A stretch of DNA of 64,000 bases from an uncultured Desulfatitalea sp. (GCA_963668675.2 CAXXMB010000002.1:2240001-2304000); one strand, 5' to 3'. Numbered from the stretch's first letter, positions 20,591-31,411 are shown. Translations and numbers: made by a program. Notes: a model not told the origin generated them from the letters alone.

Positions 20591-22924
20591 ATGTGCTATA
20601 GATTGATGATTGGAAACGATACGATTGAGATGAAAACACATTCCCGCAAAAGCTTCAACCTCATCCTCCGCTGGTGGAACGCTCTGCTCGATCGTTTCGC
20701 TACCCCCGGTATGGAGACGAAGGAGGGTCTCTCTTACTGGCGCAGTCGCGTCTTGCAGCATCTGGTGGCCGTAACGCTCTTGACGGGGCTTTCCGTTTTA
20801 GGACCAACCGTTGCTATACTGCTCCGCTCGGGTTTCTGGCTCTTGGCGCTCCTCGACACCCTGATATATCTGATTGCCATGGCTTTGATGATGATCCCCA
20901 TGGGCTATCGCACCCGCGTCTTTATCGCCCTGGCCGGTTTTTACGCGGTTGGGACTTCTATTACTATCAACCTGGGGGTGGTGAGCGGTGGCCCGTTCTG
21001 GCTCTTCGCCTTTGCGGCCATCGCCGGAATCCTGATCGGGTTCAAGTCGGCCGTCGCGGCCATTTTGCTCAACGCAGTGACGTTGACCCTTTTGGGCGGG
21101 CTGCAGGCAGATGGGGTGCTCGCTTCAGGGCAGCCCTTTTATCCGAGTATCGGCAGGGCTGGCGTCGCCGGCGTCAATTTTCTTTTTCTCAATGCCTTGG
21201 TGGCCTTCTCCATTGCCGGCCTGACGCAGGGGCTGCAATCGGTCATCATCCGCGCGCGCCGTGTACGCGATGAACTGTCTAAGGAGGTTGATGCCCGTAA
21301 ACAGACCGAGAGATCCCTAAGAACCAGTGAGGAGAAGTACCGCCTGCTGGCCGAGAACCTGTCGGACATCCTCTGGTCCTTGGACATGGACCTCAACATC
21401 ACCTATCTCAGTTCGTCGGCAACGACCTTGCTGGGATGGTCGGCCGAGGAACTCAAGGCCATGGGCGTATCGGACGTGTTGACCTCCGGCTCGGTGGAAA
21501 AGGCGATGACGCTGATCGACGAGCTGCTTGGTGATGGTGAAGCGAACGGTGATTTCAGAAAGGCGGCCACGCTCGTTTTGGAAATGCGCTGCAAAGACGG
21601 CAGCACCTTGCCGGTTGAGACCCGGGGAGCCTTCCTGTTGGGTGAGGACCACCGGCCCATCGGCATCGTCGGCATCTCGAGGGACATCTCAAGGCGCATT
21701 CGGGCTCAAAAGGAGAAGGAGGCCCTACAATCAAGGCTGTTGCAGTCTAAAAAAATGGAGGCGATCGGTCTGCTGGCCAGCGGTGTGGCGCACGATCTGA
21801 ACAATGTGCTCTCCGGCATTGTCAGCTACCCGGACCTTCTTCTGCTCGATCTGCCCGTGGAGAGTCCGTTGCGCAAACCGCTGGAGACGATTCGTCAGAC
21901 AGGCAACAAGGCCGCCGATATCGTCCAGGACCTTTTGGTGATGGCCCGGCGCAACGTTCAGTCATGGAGCGCGACCTCTCTCAACCAGGTGGTCGAAGAG
22001 CATCTCTGCTCACCGGAACACAGCGACTTGCTCCTGCGCTATCCCGGCATAGAGGTCTGCACCGAGCTTGACCCGCAATTGGCCAATATCAAGGGGTCGC
22101 CGATCCATCTAAAGAAAGCGTTGATGAACCTGCTCATCAACGGGGCCGAAGCCCAACCGCAGGGAGGCGCTATAATGATCCGTACGCTAAACGCAACCTT
22201 CGCTCAACCGCCCAAAGGCATCCCCCAGATGCCTCTCGGAACGTATGTTGGCCTGGAGGTCTCAGACAGCGGTGTGGGTATCACGGAGGAGGATCAGCAG
22301 CGCATCTTCGAACCCTTTTTCACCCGCAAGGTGATGGGGCGCAGCGGCAGCGGGCTGGGCATGTCCGTGGTGTGGGGGACGGTGGAGGACCATAAGGGTT
22401 TTATCTCCGTCCAGAGCGAAGAGATGCAAGGCACCACATTCAAACTCTATTTCCCTGCCACTGACGACCAGCCTTCGGATTTGCAGCGGCGTGTCTCACC
22501 GAAGCGTTATCTGGGCAACGGAGAGACCGTGTTGGTGGTCGACGATGTGGCCGAGCAGCGCGAAATCGCAGCCAGCATTCTCGAGCGCCTCGGCTACCGT
22601 GCGGTTACGGCCGTATCCGGAGAGGAGGCGCTCGACTACCTGAAGCGCAACGCATCGCCGGTCGATGCCGTCATTCTGGACATGATCATGCCTGGCTTGG
22701 ACGGGTTGGACACCTACCATGCGATACGCCAGCTGCATCCCGAAATGAAGGCTCTGATCGCCAGCGGTTTCTCGGAGACGGGGCGGGTCAAAGAGGCGAT
22801 CCAGCTCGGTGTCGGTGCCTATGTTCGCAAGCCCTACATGCTTGAGGATATCGGGCTGGCCATGCGCAAAATCCTCTCCTCGTCTATTGACAGAGATGAT
22901 CAGGCAGGAGATGTAGGGATATGA
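20591..22924 (+). CDS. membrane-bound PAS hybrid histidine kinase/response regulator
   Basis: N-terminal TM helices, PAS, VAHDLNN H-box, FEPFFT/GSGLG, receiver; start uncertain (20591-20630). Confidence 0.9.
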   Translation: MCYRLMIGNDTIEMKTHSRKSFNLILRWWNALLDRFATPGMETKEGLSYWRSRVLQHLVAVTLLTGLSVLGPTVAILLRSGFWLLALLDTLIYLIAMALMMIPMGYRTRVFIALAGFYAVGTSITINLGVVSGGPFWLFAFAAIAGILIGFKSAVAAILLNAVTLTLLGGLQADGVLASGQPFYPSIGRAGVAGVNFLFLNALVAFSIAGLTQGLQSVIIRARRVRDELSKEVDARKQTERSLRTSEEKYRLLAENLSDILWSLDMDLNITYLSSSATTLLGWSAEELKAMGVSDVLTSGSVEKAMTLIDELLGDGEANGDFRKAATLVLEMRCKDGSTLPVETRGAFLLGEDHRPIGIVGISRDISRRIRAQKEKEALQSRLLQSKKMEAIGLLASGVAHDLNNVLSGIVSYPDLLLLDLPVESPLRKPLETIRQTGNKAADIVQDLLVMARRNVQSWSATSLNQVVEEHLCSPEHSDLLLRYPGIEVCTELDPQLANIKGSPIHLKKALMNLLINGAEAQPQGGAIMIRTLNATFAQPPKGIPQMPLGTYVGLEVSDSGVGITEEDQQRIFEPFFTRKVMGRSGSGLGMSVVWGTVEDHKGFISVQSEEMQGTTFKLYFPATDDQPSDLQRRVSPKRYLGNGETVLVVDDVAEQREIAASILERLGYRAVTAVSGEEALDYLKRNASPVDAVILDMIMPGLDGLDTYHAIRQLHPEMKALIASGFSETGRVKEAIQLGVGAYVRKPYMLEDIGLAMRKILSSSIDRDDQAGDVGI

Positions 22925-22977
22925 CCGTTTAGCCAGCCTTGGCAAAGAAGGCTTCCACTCAACACAAGGGGGGACCG

Positions 22978-23442
22978 ATGATTACGGCCCAAGAGATCAT
23001 GACCGCCGATGTGATAACCCTGGCACCCGAGACCGATATCGGTCGGGCGGCGCAGGTACTGCTTGAAAATGGGATTAATGGCGCACCGGTGGTGGACGGC
23101 GAGGGGCGACTGGCGGGCATCTTGTGCCAGAGCGATCTAGTGGCCCAGCAGAAAAGGCTTCCCATGCCGACGGTTTTCACCCTGCTGGATGGATACGTGT
23201 CGTTGAGCTCGGCCAAGCAGATCGAGAAAGAGGTACGCAAAATAGCGGCCTTGACCGTTACCGAAGCGATGACGACCGACCCGGTCACCGTGCGGTCGGA
23301 CACGAACCTGGAGACCATTGCCGGACTGATGGTGGACAGCGGTTTTCACACGCTACCGGTCGTGGACGACGGACGGTTGGTGGGGATCATCGGCAAGGAG
23401 GATGTCCTGCGAACCTTGCTGACCGTGCCCAAAGCGAACTAG
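22978..23442 (+). CDS. CBS-domain protein
   Basis: two CBS repeats (APVVD, LPVVDDGRLVGII). Confidence 0.88.
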   Translation: MITAQEIMTADVITLAPETDIGRAAQVLLENGINGAPVVDGEGRLAGILCQSDLVAQQKRLPMPTVFTLLDGYVSLSSAKQIEKEVRKIAALTVTEAMTTDPVTVRSDTNLETIAGLMVDSGFHTLPVVDDGRLVGIIGKEDVLRTLLTVPKAN

Positions 23443-23452
23443 GCATTTGCAG

Positions 23453-23659
23453 ATGATCAGTGCGTCAACCCTGATGTGGTGCATCCTTTTCGGATCGATC
23501 GGTTTGGGTTTCTTCGTCTATGGGAAAAAACAGAAGGCTTTGGTACCCCTATTTTGCGGTATCGGGCTGATGGTGTTCCCCTATTTTATTTCGAACCCAT
23601 ACATATTGGTCTTTTCAGGGACGGTTCTGGTGGCCGCACCTTTTGTCATCAAGGTATAG
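23453..23659 (+). CDS. small membrane protein
   Basis: hydrophobic 68-aa ORF with FGSIGLGFFVYGKKQ motif, in an operon-like position. Confidence 0.7.
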   Translation: MISASTLMWCILFGSIGLGFFVYGKKQKALVPLFCGIGLMVFPYFISNPYILVFSGTVLVAAPFVIKV

Positions 23660-23713
23660 CGTGTGCGCCCGGAAGATGACCCGGGAGTAGAAAAAGAGGC
23701 AGAGACAACAACC

Positions 23714-23863
23714 ATGAAACCTTACACATGCACCGAATATCGTGAAGAGATGGTCCTGGTGGGCTTGCGCCGCCGCCTGGCGGACCCGGCCCTGGACCCC
23801 CGTGAAAAAGAGGAGCTCGAAAAGGAGATCAAGAAGCTGGAAGTTGAGATGGGCATGGAGTAG
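23714..23863 (+). CDS. small hypothetical helical protein
   Basis: MKPYTCTEYREEM...; purine-rich SD upstream. Confidence 0.55.
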   Translation: MKPYTCTEYREEMVLVGLRRRLADPALDPREKEELEKEIKKLEVEMGME

Positions 23864-23926
23864 CAGACCGGCTCACCGGCCGACCGAACTTACAGCCGGC
23901 CGGCAAACAGATCATGCCGACACCGT

Positions 23927-24391
23927 CTATTTGTCCTGCATGTCGAGGGTGTGGTTGAGCTCGATGGCCGCCTGAACGCTTGCCGCGGCCGGGCAGTGGG
24001 GCAGGTAGACCTTGAAGGCCTCTTCGGCAGCTGTTCGCTGGTCCGGAGACAGCTTCAAGGTATAGTGGACATTGATGCGCGTGATCTTGAGGACGCCATC
24101 GACGTTTTCGATCTCACCGCTCACATCGGCGCGATAGCGCTCTTTTGGGGTGGCAATCCTGCTTTTCGCCAGCACAGTGGCGAAGGTCCCCATCATTCAC
24201 CCGCCCACGGCGCCCACAACGTGGTCCAGCGTGGCGGCATGCTCCTCTTCCGGTTCGATGCGGTAAAATCCTTTAATGCCCCCGTGCACCCCATAGTAGA
24301 CCGGTTCGTCGAATCCCTTGATGACCGCTTTGCGGGTGGGGCCTTTTTCCCTGGTGATCACAATTTCAGAACGATGAATAATGTCGCCCAT
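23927..24391 (-). CDS. OsmC-like peroxiredoxin with in-frame UGA (probable selenocysteine)
   Basis: two track ORFs are one frame joined by TGA 24197-24199 (AVGG-U-MMGT) at the first catalytic Cys position; second Cys in HCPAA. Confidence 0.8.
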
Positions 24392-24554
24392 GGCAACCTC
24401 CTTCAGGTTGGGTTGGTTTGTTGGTTAGGGCTTGAGCTTGGTTGAGCATATTGAGACAATATAAGGCGCATTTGGGGATGTGCCAGCAGGGATAGGCTGA
24501 AGGTGTTTAGACTTGAAGCTTGAAGGCTGAAGAGGATGCCTTCAAAAGTCCTCC

Positions 24555-25214
24555 TCAGCTTGCCTCTATCAACCTTAGAAGATCCAGGGGGTGGGCCAGC
24601 ACCCGGACGGCACCGGCATCGATCAGCTCCTGACGCGGCCGGAAGCCCCAATCCGCACCCACCGGCAGCATACCGGCCCGCTTGGCCGTCTCCATGTCCA
24701 CGGCACTGTCCCCCAGAAAGAGGCATTGCGCGGGCGAAACATTCATGGCTCGGGCTGCGTCCAGGGCCTGTTGGGGATCGGGCTTTTTGGGGATGCCGTC
24801 CTGCTGCCCCAGTATGCTCCGGAAGGGAACCGCTCGAAAATAGTGGTCGATCATCAGTCCGGTGAAGCGGTGGGGTTTGTTAGTGACCACCGCCATCTGC
24901 CTGCCGCGTCGCTGCAGCTCGCCGAGCAGTTCGGGGATGCCGTTGTAGGGCCGGGTGGCGCAGTGCCAGTTGCGGTTGTAGTCGTTGAGCAACGCCTGGA
25001 GGCAGGTTGCGATGATGTCCGGGGAACGCTTTGCGGCCGGCAGGGCGCGCTCTATGAGAACGGCCGATCCGTCGCCGATAAACCACCGGTAGGCGTCACT
25101 GGGGTGGGAGGGATAGCCGTTGGCCGCCAATGCGCGGTTGGCCGAAGCCGCCAGATCGTCGAGCGTATCGAGCAGGGTGCCGTCGAGATCAAAGACAACT
25201 GCCTGGTACTTCAT
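24555..25214 (-). CDS. HAD-family phosphatase (phosphoglycolate phosphatase-like)
   Basis: FDLDGTL, VTNK, KPDP, GDSAVD motifs. Confidence 0.9.
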   Translation of the reverse strand: MKYQAVVFDLDGTLLDTLDDLAASANRALAANGYPSHPSDAYRWFIGDGSAVLIERALPAAKRSPDIIATCLQALLNDYNRNWHCATRPYNGIPELLGELQRRGRQMAVVTNKPHRFTGLMIDHYFRAVPFRSILGQQDGIPKKPDPQQALDAARAMNVSPAQCLFLGDSAVDMETAKRAGMLPVGADWGFRPRQELIDAGAVRVLAHPLDLLRLIEAS

Positions 25215-25431
25215 GGGACCCTTCCTTTTGCAGCGGTTGGCAATACCGGGAACCTATAGCGCGTCCGGCCGGACAGGGCAAGCGCGGGGCAACGGCTTCC
25301 CATCCGCAGGTTGACAAACCCTACAACCTGGGCTTTAGTAGCGCTCGCAAAACCCACCCGTTGTCTGATATGAACCGGATACACCGCTGGCCGCCTTGGC
25401 ACCATCGTTATCAACCCTGTGGGAGACGAGG

Positions 25432-26058
25432 ATGATGATGCATGATCTAAAATGGTCTTTGTTGTTGATCGGCCTTCTGGCCCTGGCGCCGATCTGTTCG
25501 GCGCAGGAGTGCCTCAGCCCCTCCCCGACCACCCTGGCCGGCGGGCGCAGCTACGATCCCATCAAGGATAGAGAGCTCACCCCAGACGAACGAAACACGC
25601 TTCAGAATTTGCTCAAATCGCTGGATGGCGAGTGGCGAGGGGTGTCCGACACCTTTTTTTGCAAGAGCATCTCCGATCCCGACGATGTGGAGCCGAGACA
25701 CTATACCATCAAAGCCAAAGCGCGTGTCGACCGTTACGGCAACCTGCTCATAGAGGCGGAGTTATACGATCCCGAGAACCGATCCAGCCATCAGGAGACG
25801 CTGCGGCTCTACCTGAACAACAAACGGCTGCGCATCGACCATGACACCGGCGCTGGCGATGTGGAGTTGATCGAGGTGAGCGACCAAAAGATCGCCTTTC
25901 TCTACCGGCGGGTCAATCCCACCGGCAAGGCGACCGGCTCGTCCAGAAGCGAATATTTCTTTACGCTGAGCGCCGGGGAGCGGTCCCTGACTATCGAGCA
26001 GCAGCTCTACGTGCAGGCCAAATTGAGTTCGGGTTACGCCTGGCAGCTCAAACGATAG
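25432..26058 (+). CDS. exported hypothetical protein
   Basis: signal-peptide-like N-terminus, beta-rich body. Confidence 0.65.
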   Translation: MMMHDLKWSLLLIGLLALAPICSAQECLSPSPTTLAGGRSYDPIKDRELTPDERNTLQNLLKSLDGEWRGVSDTFFCKSISDPDDVEPRHYTIKAKARVDRYGNLLIEAELYDPENRSSHQETLRLYLNNKRLRIDHDTGAGDVELIEVSDQKIAFLYRRVNPTGKATGSSRSEYFFTLSAGERSLTIEQQLYVQAKLSSGYAWQLKR

Positions 26059-26087
26059 CGGCCGCTGAAAACGAAAGTGAACGAGCA

Positions 26088-27944
26088 TTGAACCACAAAT
26101 GCGATAGTGCTGCCCAGCCGGCCCTCTCTCCCCGACAGGCGCTGCGTAAATATTTCGGCTATGAATCCTTCAGGACCCACCAGAGCGACATCATTGACAG
26201 GGTGATGGACGGCAAAGATGCGTTCGTGCTGATGCCCACGGGAAGCGGCAAATCGATCTGCTACCAGATTCCGTCCATCCTGCGCCCCGGTGTTGGTGTG
26301 ATCGTATCGCCCCTGATCGCCCTCATGCAGGACCAGGTGGATGCCCTGCAGGAGAACGGCGTGCGGGCCGCCTATCTCAACTCCAGCCTCTCGGCGGATG
26401 CTGCCGCAGAGGTGGGCCGCCGGGTGGCCGCCGGCCGGATCGACCTGCTCTATGTGGCCCCCGAGCGCCTGCTGATGCCCGGCTTCCAGCGGTTGCTCGC
26501 CCGGACCCCCATTGCCCTCTTTGCCATTGATGAAGCGCACTGCGTCTCCCAGTGGGGGCACGATTTCCGTCCCGAATACCGTCGCATCGCCGGTGTGACC
26601 AGCCAGTTTCCCGGGGTGCCGCGCATGGCGCTCACCGCCACGGCCGACCGTCTGACCCGGGACGACATAGTGGAAAAGCTCGAATTGACCCGGGCCGGTA
26701 CCTTTGTCTCCAGCTTCGACCGCCCCAACATCACCTACCGCATCCAACTGAAAAACAGCGCCAAAAAGCAGCTTCTCGGTTTTCTGCGGGCCGAGCATCC
26801 GGACGATGCGGGCATCGTCTACGTGCGCACCCGCAAGAGGGCCGACGACATTGCCGCCTGGTTGCAGGAGCAGGGTATGAAGGCCTTGCCCTACCACGCC
26901 GGATTGGAGCGCCACCTGCGGATTTGTCACCAGCAGCGTTTCCTGCGCGAAGAGGGGGTGGTGATAGTGGCAACCATCGCGTTCGGCATGGGCATCGACA
27001 AGCCCGACGTGCGTTTCGTGGCCCACCTGGACCTGCCGTCGAGCATGGAGGCTTACTATCAGGAGACTGGCCGGGCCGGTCGCGACGGGCAGCCGGCAGA
27101 TGCCTGGATGGTCTATGCCCTCGCAGACGTGGTGGCCATGCGGAAGCTGCAGGAGACCTCGGACGGCAACGACGCCTTCAAGCAGGTCCAGCGGCGTAAG
27201 TTGGAGGCCCTTCTCGGCTTTTGCGAAACCGCGGTCTGCCGGCGAAAGGCCCTGCTCAACTATTTTGATGAGCGCTATCCGGAAGCGTGCGGCAATTGCG
27301 ACAACTGCAATGAGGCGGTAGAGACCTGGGACGCCACCATACCCGCCCAGAAGGCGCTGTCGTGCGTCTACCGCACCGGCCAGCGCTTCGGCGCCGCCCA
27401 TCTGACCGATGTGCTGCTGGGCAACGAGACCGATCGCATCCGGCAACTGGGGCACCATCGCCTGAAGACGTTCGGTGTGGGGCAGGAGCTCTCCTCGCGC
27501 CAATGGCGCTCGGTCTATCGACAGCTGATCGCCGCAGGCCGGCTGGCCGTCACCACGGCCGCCATTCCCGGCTTCTGCCTCTGCCCGGAGAGCTGGCCGG
27601 TGCTCAAGGGAGAGAGCCGTTTGATGCTGCGCCGGGACCCCGAGCCGGTCAAGACGAAAAAGCGATCCCGGGCATCGGTCCAACCGGCCGTGGACTTCGA
27701 GAGTCAGGCCGACCTGGCGCTGTGGGAACATCTGCGCCGGCTTAGGCTCGAAATCGCCCAGAAGATCGACAAACCGCCCTTCGTGGTGTTCCACGACAAG
27801 ACCCTGCGGGAGATGGTTATAGAAAAACCCGCCAACCGCAGCGAGTTTCTCGCGCTCAACGGCGTAGGCGAGCACAAGACCGATCAATATTCAGAGCGCT
27901 TCCTGGAGGCTATCCGGGACCATGCCCATGAGAAAGGGAGTTGA
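26088..27944 (+). CDS. recQ: ATP-dependent DNA helicase RecQ
   Basis: [23 protein letters not shown] zinc motif, C-terminal HRDC. Confidence 0.96.
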   Translation: MNHKCDSAAQPALSPRQALRKYFGYESFRTHQSDIIDRVMDGKDAFVLMPTGSGKSICYQIPSILRPGVGVIVSPLIALMQDQVDALQENGVRAAYLNSSLSADAAAEVGRRVAAGRIDLLYVAPERLLMPGFQRLLARTPIALFAIDEAHCVSQWGHDFRPEYRRIAGVTSQFPGVPRMALTATADRLTRDDIVEKLELTRAGTFVSSFDRPNITYRIQLKNSAKKQLLGFLRAEHPDDAGIVYVRTRKRADDIAAWLQEQGMKALPYHAGLERHLRICHQQRFLREEGVVIVATIAFGMGIDKPDVRFVAHLDLPSSMEAYYQETGRAGRDGQPADAWMVYALADVVAMRKLQETSDGNDAFKQVQRRKLEALLGFCETAVCRRKALLNYFDERYPEACGNCDNCNEAVETWDATIPAQKALSCVYRTGQRFGAAHLTDVLLGNETDRIRQLGHHRLKTFGVGQELSSRQWRSVYRQLIAAGRLAVTTAAIPGFCLCPESWPVLKGESRLMLRRDPEPVKTKKRSRASVQPAVDFESQADLALWEHLRRLRLEIAQKIDKPPFVVFHDKTLREMVIEKPANRSEFLALNGVGEHKTDQYSERFLEAIRDHAHEKGS

Positions 27945-28003
27945 TTCCCAGCACCTTGTCCGTCTATGATGAGCACCTTTAATGGTGGTGTGGGGCCGCG
28001 CCG

Positions 28004-28960
28004 ATGGATGAGCGGCATTGCATGCCAAGGCTGGAGATCATTTCATTGAATCGATTTTATGCTCATATGGTGCTGACCCTCTTTATCCTTTTCGGCCTGG
28101 CCGGACCGACGGCTGCCAATTCCAACGCCCTGCTCACGATCACCGATCCGACCGGCCGGACCCTGCAGGCACCCGCCCATCCGCAACGCATCGTTGCTTT
28201 GGCGCCCAGCGTCACTGAAATCGTCTATGCCCTCGGGCAGGAGGCGCGGCTCGTGGGGGTCACGCGCTACAGCAACTATCCGATCGCCGCCCGAAAGCTG
28301 CCCAAGGTGGGCTCTTACATCCATCTCGACGTTGAACGGATTGTGGCGCTTCAGCCCGATTTGTGCCTGGCCGTCAAGGACGGCAACCCCATTGCCGTGG
28401 TCGAGCAGCTCGAAAGCCTTGGACTATCGGTATATGCCGTCAACCCGATCGACCTGGAGCGTGTGATGCAAAGTGTGCAGGCCATCGGCGGTCTGCTCGA
28501 CGCCTCGTCGAAGGCTCGCGCCATTACCGACGATATGCGGCAACGCATCGCATACGTCGAAACGCGTATCGCCCAGACCTCTGTTCGCCCCACCGTCTTT
28601 TTCCAGATCGGCATCTCTCCCATCGTATCGGTGGGCAGCGACACCTTTATCCACACGCTGATCGAATTGGCCGGAGGCACCAACCTGGCTGCCGGCAAAG
28701 CGCCCTACCCGCGCTTCTCCCGTGAGCAGGTGATCGCCCTGGCGCCCGAGGTGATGGTGATCTCCTCCATGGCAAGGGCCGCTGTTTTCGAACAGGTCAA
28801 AGCCGAATGGATGCAGTGGCCGGCCATACCGGCCGTGAAGCGGCAGGCCGTCTTCATCGCCCCCCCCGATATGTTCGACCGCCCCTCGCCGCGCCTGGTC
28901 GATGCCCTTGAGCTGCTGGCCAGCCTGATCCATCCCCAGCTGTTTGAGGCGCGGCCATGA
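28004..28960 (+). CDS. btuF: cobalamin ABC transporter substrate-binding protein (BtuF-like)
   Basis: PQRIVALAPSVTEIVYALG, RPSPRL; B12 locus context; start uncertain. Confidence 0.8.
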   Translation: MDERHCMPRLEIISLNRFYAHMVLTLFILFGLAGPTAANSNALLTITDPTGRTLQAPAHPQRIVALAPSVTEIVYALGQEARLVGVTRYSNYPIAARKLPKVGSYIHLDVERIVALQPDLCLAVKDGNPIAVVEQLESLGLSVYAVNPIDLERVMQSVQAIGGLLDASSKARAITDDMRQRIAYVETRIAQTSVRPTVFFQIGISPIVSVGSDTFIHTLIELAGGTNLAAGKAPYPRFSREQVIALAPEVMVISSMARAAVFEQVKAEWMQWPAIPAVKRQAVFIAPPDMFDRPSPRLVDALELLASLIHPQLFEARP

Positions 28961-29976
28961 ACACTTCAGGCCCCGATTCGGTCCGCCGCCTGGCCGTCAT
29001 ACTGTCGCTAATGGCTGCAGTGCTGTTGGGATCACTCTATCTTGGCCTGGCCGCCGGCTCTACCGGAGGGGATTTCTGGTCGGTCATCCGGAGTCTGGGC
29101 GGCGGAAGTGAAGACAAACTGCTCCACGATATCATCTGGCGCTTGCGTCTGCCGCGGGTGCTGCTGGCGGCCCTGCTGGGGGCCACCTTGAGCCTGGCCG
29201 GCATGGTGTTTCAGGCCCTGCTGCGAAACCCCCTGGCCGAGCCATACATCCTGGGGGTCTCGGGCGGCTCGGCCATCGGCGCTATCATCGGCATCCTCAT
29301 GGGGTTGGCCCGCTTTCCCGGCGTGTGGCTGACCGCCTTCATCGGCAGCCTGGCCACCCTGGGCGTGCTTTTTCTCATGGCGCCTGGGCGCTCGTTCGTG
29401 CGCTCCAACACCCTGCTGCTCTCCGGGGTGATGGTCAATGCCTTCTGCGCGGCCGTCATCATGTTTCTCATCTCCATGGCCCAGGACAGCCGGCTGCACA
29501 ACATCATATTCTGGCTCATGGGCGATCTGGCCGCAGCAACCAACAGCAAGGTCGCCGGGCTGGCCCTGACTGTGATCCCCTGTTTCGTCCTGATTTTCAT
29601 GCGTTCCCACGCCATGAACCTGTTGGCCCTGGGCAGCGATATGGCCCACAGCATGGGGGTGAGCATCAAGCGCACGACCATCATACTTCTGGCGGTCACC
29701 TCGCTGATGGTCAGCGCCACGGTAAGCTACTGCGGCCTGGTCGGATTCGTGGGGCTGGTCATGCCTCACATGCTGCGGCTGATCCTGGGGCCCGACCATC
29801 GCGTGCTGGCGCCGGCTTGCATTTTGGGCGGGGCGGCTTTCATGGTGGTGTGTGATGTCCTGGCCCGCACCCTGCCGGCCCAGGGCGAGATGCCTGTGGG
29901 TGTCGTGTCGGCCCTGATCGGCGCGCCGCTGTTTATCTACCTGTTGAGAAAGTCCGGGAAGACTGAAGGTGTGTAA
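28957..29976 (+). CDS. btuC: cobalamin/iron-chelate ABC permease (BtuC/FecCD)
   Basis: LRLPRV, RNPLAEPYILGVSGG, GFVGLVMPH. Confidence 0.85.
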   Translation: MNTSGPDSVRRLAVILSLMAAVLLGSLYLGLAAGSTGGDFWSVIRSLGGGSEDKLLHDIIWRLRLPRVLLAALLGATLSLAGMVFQALLRNPLAEPYILGVSGGSAIGAIIGILMGLARFPGVWLTAFIGSLATLGVLFLMAPGRSFVRSNTLLLSGVMVNAFCAAVIMFLISMAQDSRLHNIIFWLMGDLAAATNSKVAGLALTVIPCFVLIFMRSHAMNLLALGSDMAHSMGVSIKRTTIILLAVTSLMVSATVSYCGLVGFVGLVMPHMLRLILGPDHRVLAPACILGGAAFMVVCDVLARTLPAQGEMPVGVVSALIGAPLFIYLLRKSGKTEGV

Positions 29977-29987
29977 GGCGATGACTC

Positions 29988-30032
29988 AATCCCCGCCGGC
30001 CCCCCTTTTCCAAAGGTGGGTCAGGGGGTATT
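29988..30032. repeat. interspersed palindromic repeat (AATCCCC...CCCCCTTTnnnAAAGG family)
   Basis: related paired copies at 35185-35280. Confidence 0.6.
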
Positions 30033-30053
30033 CAACCTAAACGAGGTACCCCG

Positions 30054-30848
30054 ATGACCAACGCCGTCCAAGCCCAATCCATCGGACACGCCTTCAACGG
30101 CCAGGCCGTATTATCGGAGCTGACCTTTCAGGTGCCTTCGGGCGCCTTTTTCATCATCATCGGGCCCAACGGGTCGGGTAAAACCACCCTGCTCAAACTG
30201 ATGACCGGCCTGCTCGCCGTGCAGAACGGTCAGCTGTCGGTGCTGTCCCGCCCAATCGGTGACTATACCGCCCGTGAGCTGGCCCGCCGCATGGCCTATG
30301 TGCCCCAAACGGTTCCGATCACCTTCGGCTTCAGCGTCATACAAGTGGTGATGATGGGCCGCGCTCCCCACCTGGGGATGTTGGGCTTTGAGAGCGAGCA
30401 GGACCGTGAGCTGGCGCGGGAGGCCATGCGTCTGGCTGGTGTGGACCACCTGGCCGAACGACGTCTCGACCAGCTCAGCGGGGGCGAACAGCAGCGTGTC
30501 TTTATCGCCCGGGCCATCTGTCAGCAGCCGGCTATTATGCTGCTCGACGAGCCTACCGCCGCCCTGGACCTCTCCCATCAGGTTCGGGTCATGGATCTGA
30601 TGGCGCGCCTGAAAGCCGAACAAGGTGTCACGGTGGTGATGGTCTCCCACGACCTGAACCTGGCCGCCATGTACGCCGATCACCTCCTGTTGCTCGACCG
30701 GGGCCGCCTGGCCGGCAGCGGCACCCCCCATGACGTGTTGCGCTTCGACCTGCTCGAAAAAGTGTACGGCTGCCCCTTGCTGGTCGATAAAAGCCCGCTC
30801 GGAGACTACCCCATCGTCCACCTGGTGCCGGGCCGCTATCTGGGTTGA
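30054..30848 (+). CDS. btuD: ABC transporter ATP-binding protein (BtuD/FecE-like)
   Basis: GPNGSGKT, LSGGE, LLDEPT, SHDLN. Confidence 0.85.
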   Translation: MTNAVQAQSIGHAFNGQAVLSELTFQVPSGAFFIIIGPNGSGKTTLLKLMTGLLAVQNGQLSVLSRPIGDYTARELARRMAYVPQTVPITFGFSVIQVVMMGRAPHLGMLGFESEQDRELAREAMRLAGVDHLAERRLDQLSGGEQQRVFIARAICQQPAIMLLDEPTAALDLSHQVRVMDLMARLKAEQGVTVVMVSHDLNLAAMYADHLLLLDRGRLAGSGTPHDVLRFDLLEKVYGCPLLVDKSPLGDYPIVHLVPGRYLG

Positions 30849-31025
30849 TCGGGTTAGTTGAGTTCGTTGAGTTTGTTGAGTTGATTGAGTTCTTTGGGTT
30901 TGTTGAGTTTGTTGGGTTGGTCGGGGTCGGGAATCTTCATTGGGGGCCCGGCACATTCCTTCAACTCAACAAACTCAACTAACCCAACTAACCCAACAAA
31001 CCCGATCAGCTCGACTAACTCATCT
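30842..31025. repeat. inverted array of degenerate 9-bp tandem repeats
   Basis: 9 units of G(A/G)GTTnnTy at 30842-30922 and about 7 reverse-complement units at 30963-31025. Confidence 0.9.
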
Positions 31026-31064
31026 TGACAATCTGTGTCCGAATGCGTTACGCGTGTTCGACAT

Positions 31065-31245
31065 CTTGTATTCAGGTGCTCCTTCGGGAGCTGAAAAGGG
31101 AACCCCGTGAAAATCGGGGGCGGGCCCGCCGCTGTGACCCCGTCAGATGCCGAGTGCATCTGAAACCCCAAGCGCCCTGTGTGCCACTGTCCGAGCCGGA
31201 TGGGAAGGCTGCGTTTGGGGCGGGGAAGCCAGAAGACCTACCTGG
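31065..31245 (+). ncRNA. cobalamin riboswitch
   Basis: AGGTGC...AAAAGGGAACCCCGTGAAAATCGGGGGCGGGCCCGCCGCTGTGA...GCCACTG...GGGAAGGC...AGCCAGAAGACCT, upstream of a TonB-dependent receptor. Confidence 0.95.
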
Positions 31246-31310
31246 AACAATCGGCCTGCTATATGGCGTGGATCACCAGTGGCCGGACAGATCGAGCGGA
31301 TAAAAAGGGA

Positions 31311-31349
31311 CATCCCGGATCGAGTTTAATCGGTCCGGGATTTTTTTGT
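31311..31349 (+). terminator. intrinsic terminator in riboswitch expression platform
   Basis: ATCCCGGATCGA...TCGGTCCGGGAT stem followed by a T run. Confidence 0.8.
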
Positions 31350-31411
31350 GCCGGGCCGGGAGAGAGGCATTTACTGTCCGTTGATGCCGAATTGAAGCGG
31401 AGGTTGAAAGG

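Noticed and set aside
26034..27887. 617-aa minus-strand ORF (also 904-2481 and 9128-10663 on plus)
   Set aside because: Antisense shadows of recQ, fadH and the GTPase gene
30842..31025. Possible CRISPR array or repeat protein (TQQTQ.. ORFs)
   Set aside because: 9-bp contiguous units with no unique spacers and no cas genes; the translated repeats are a by-product
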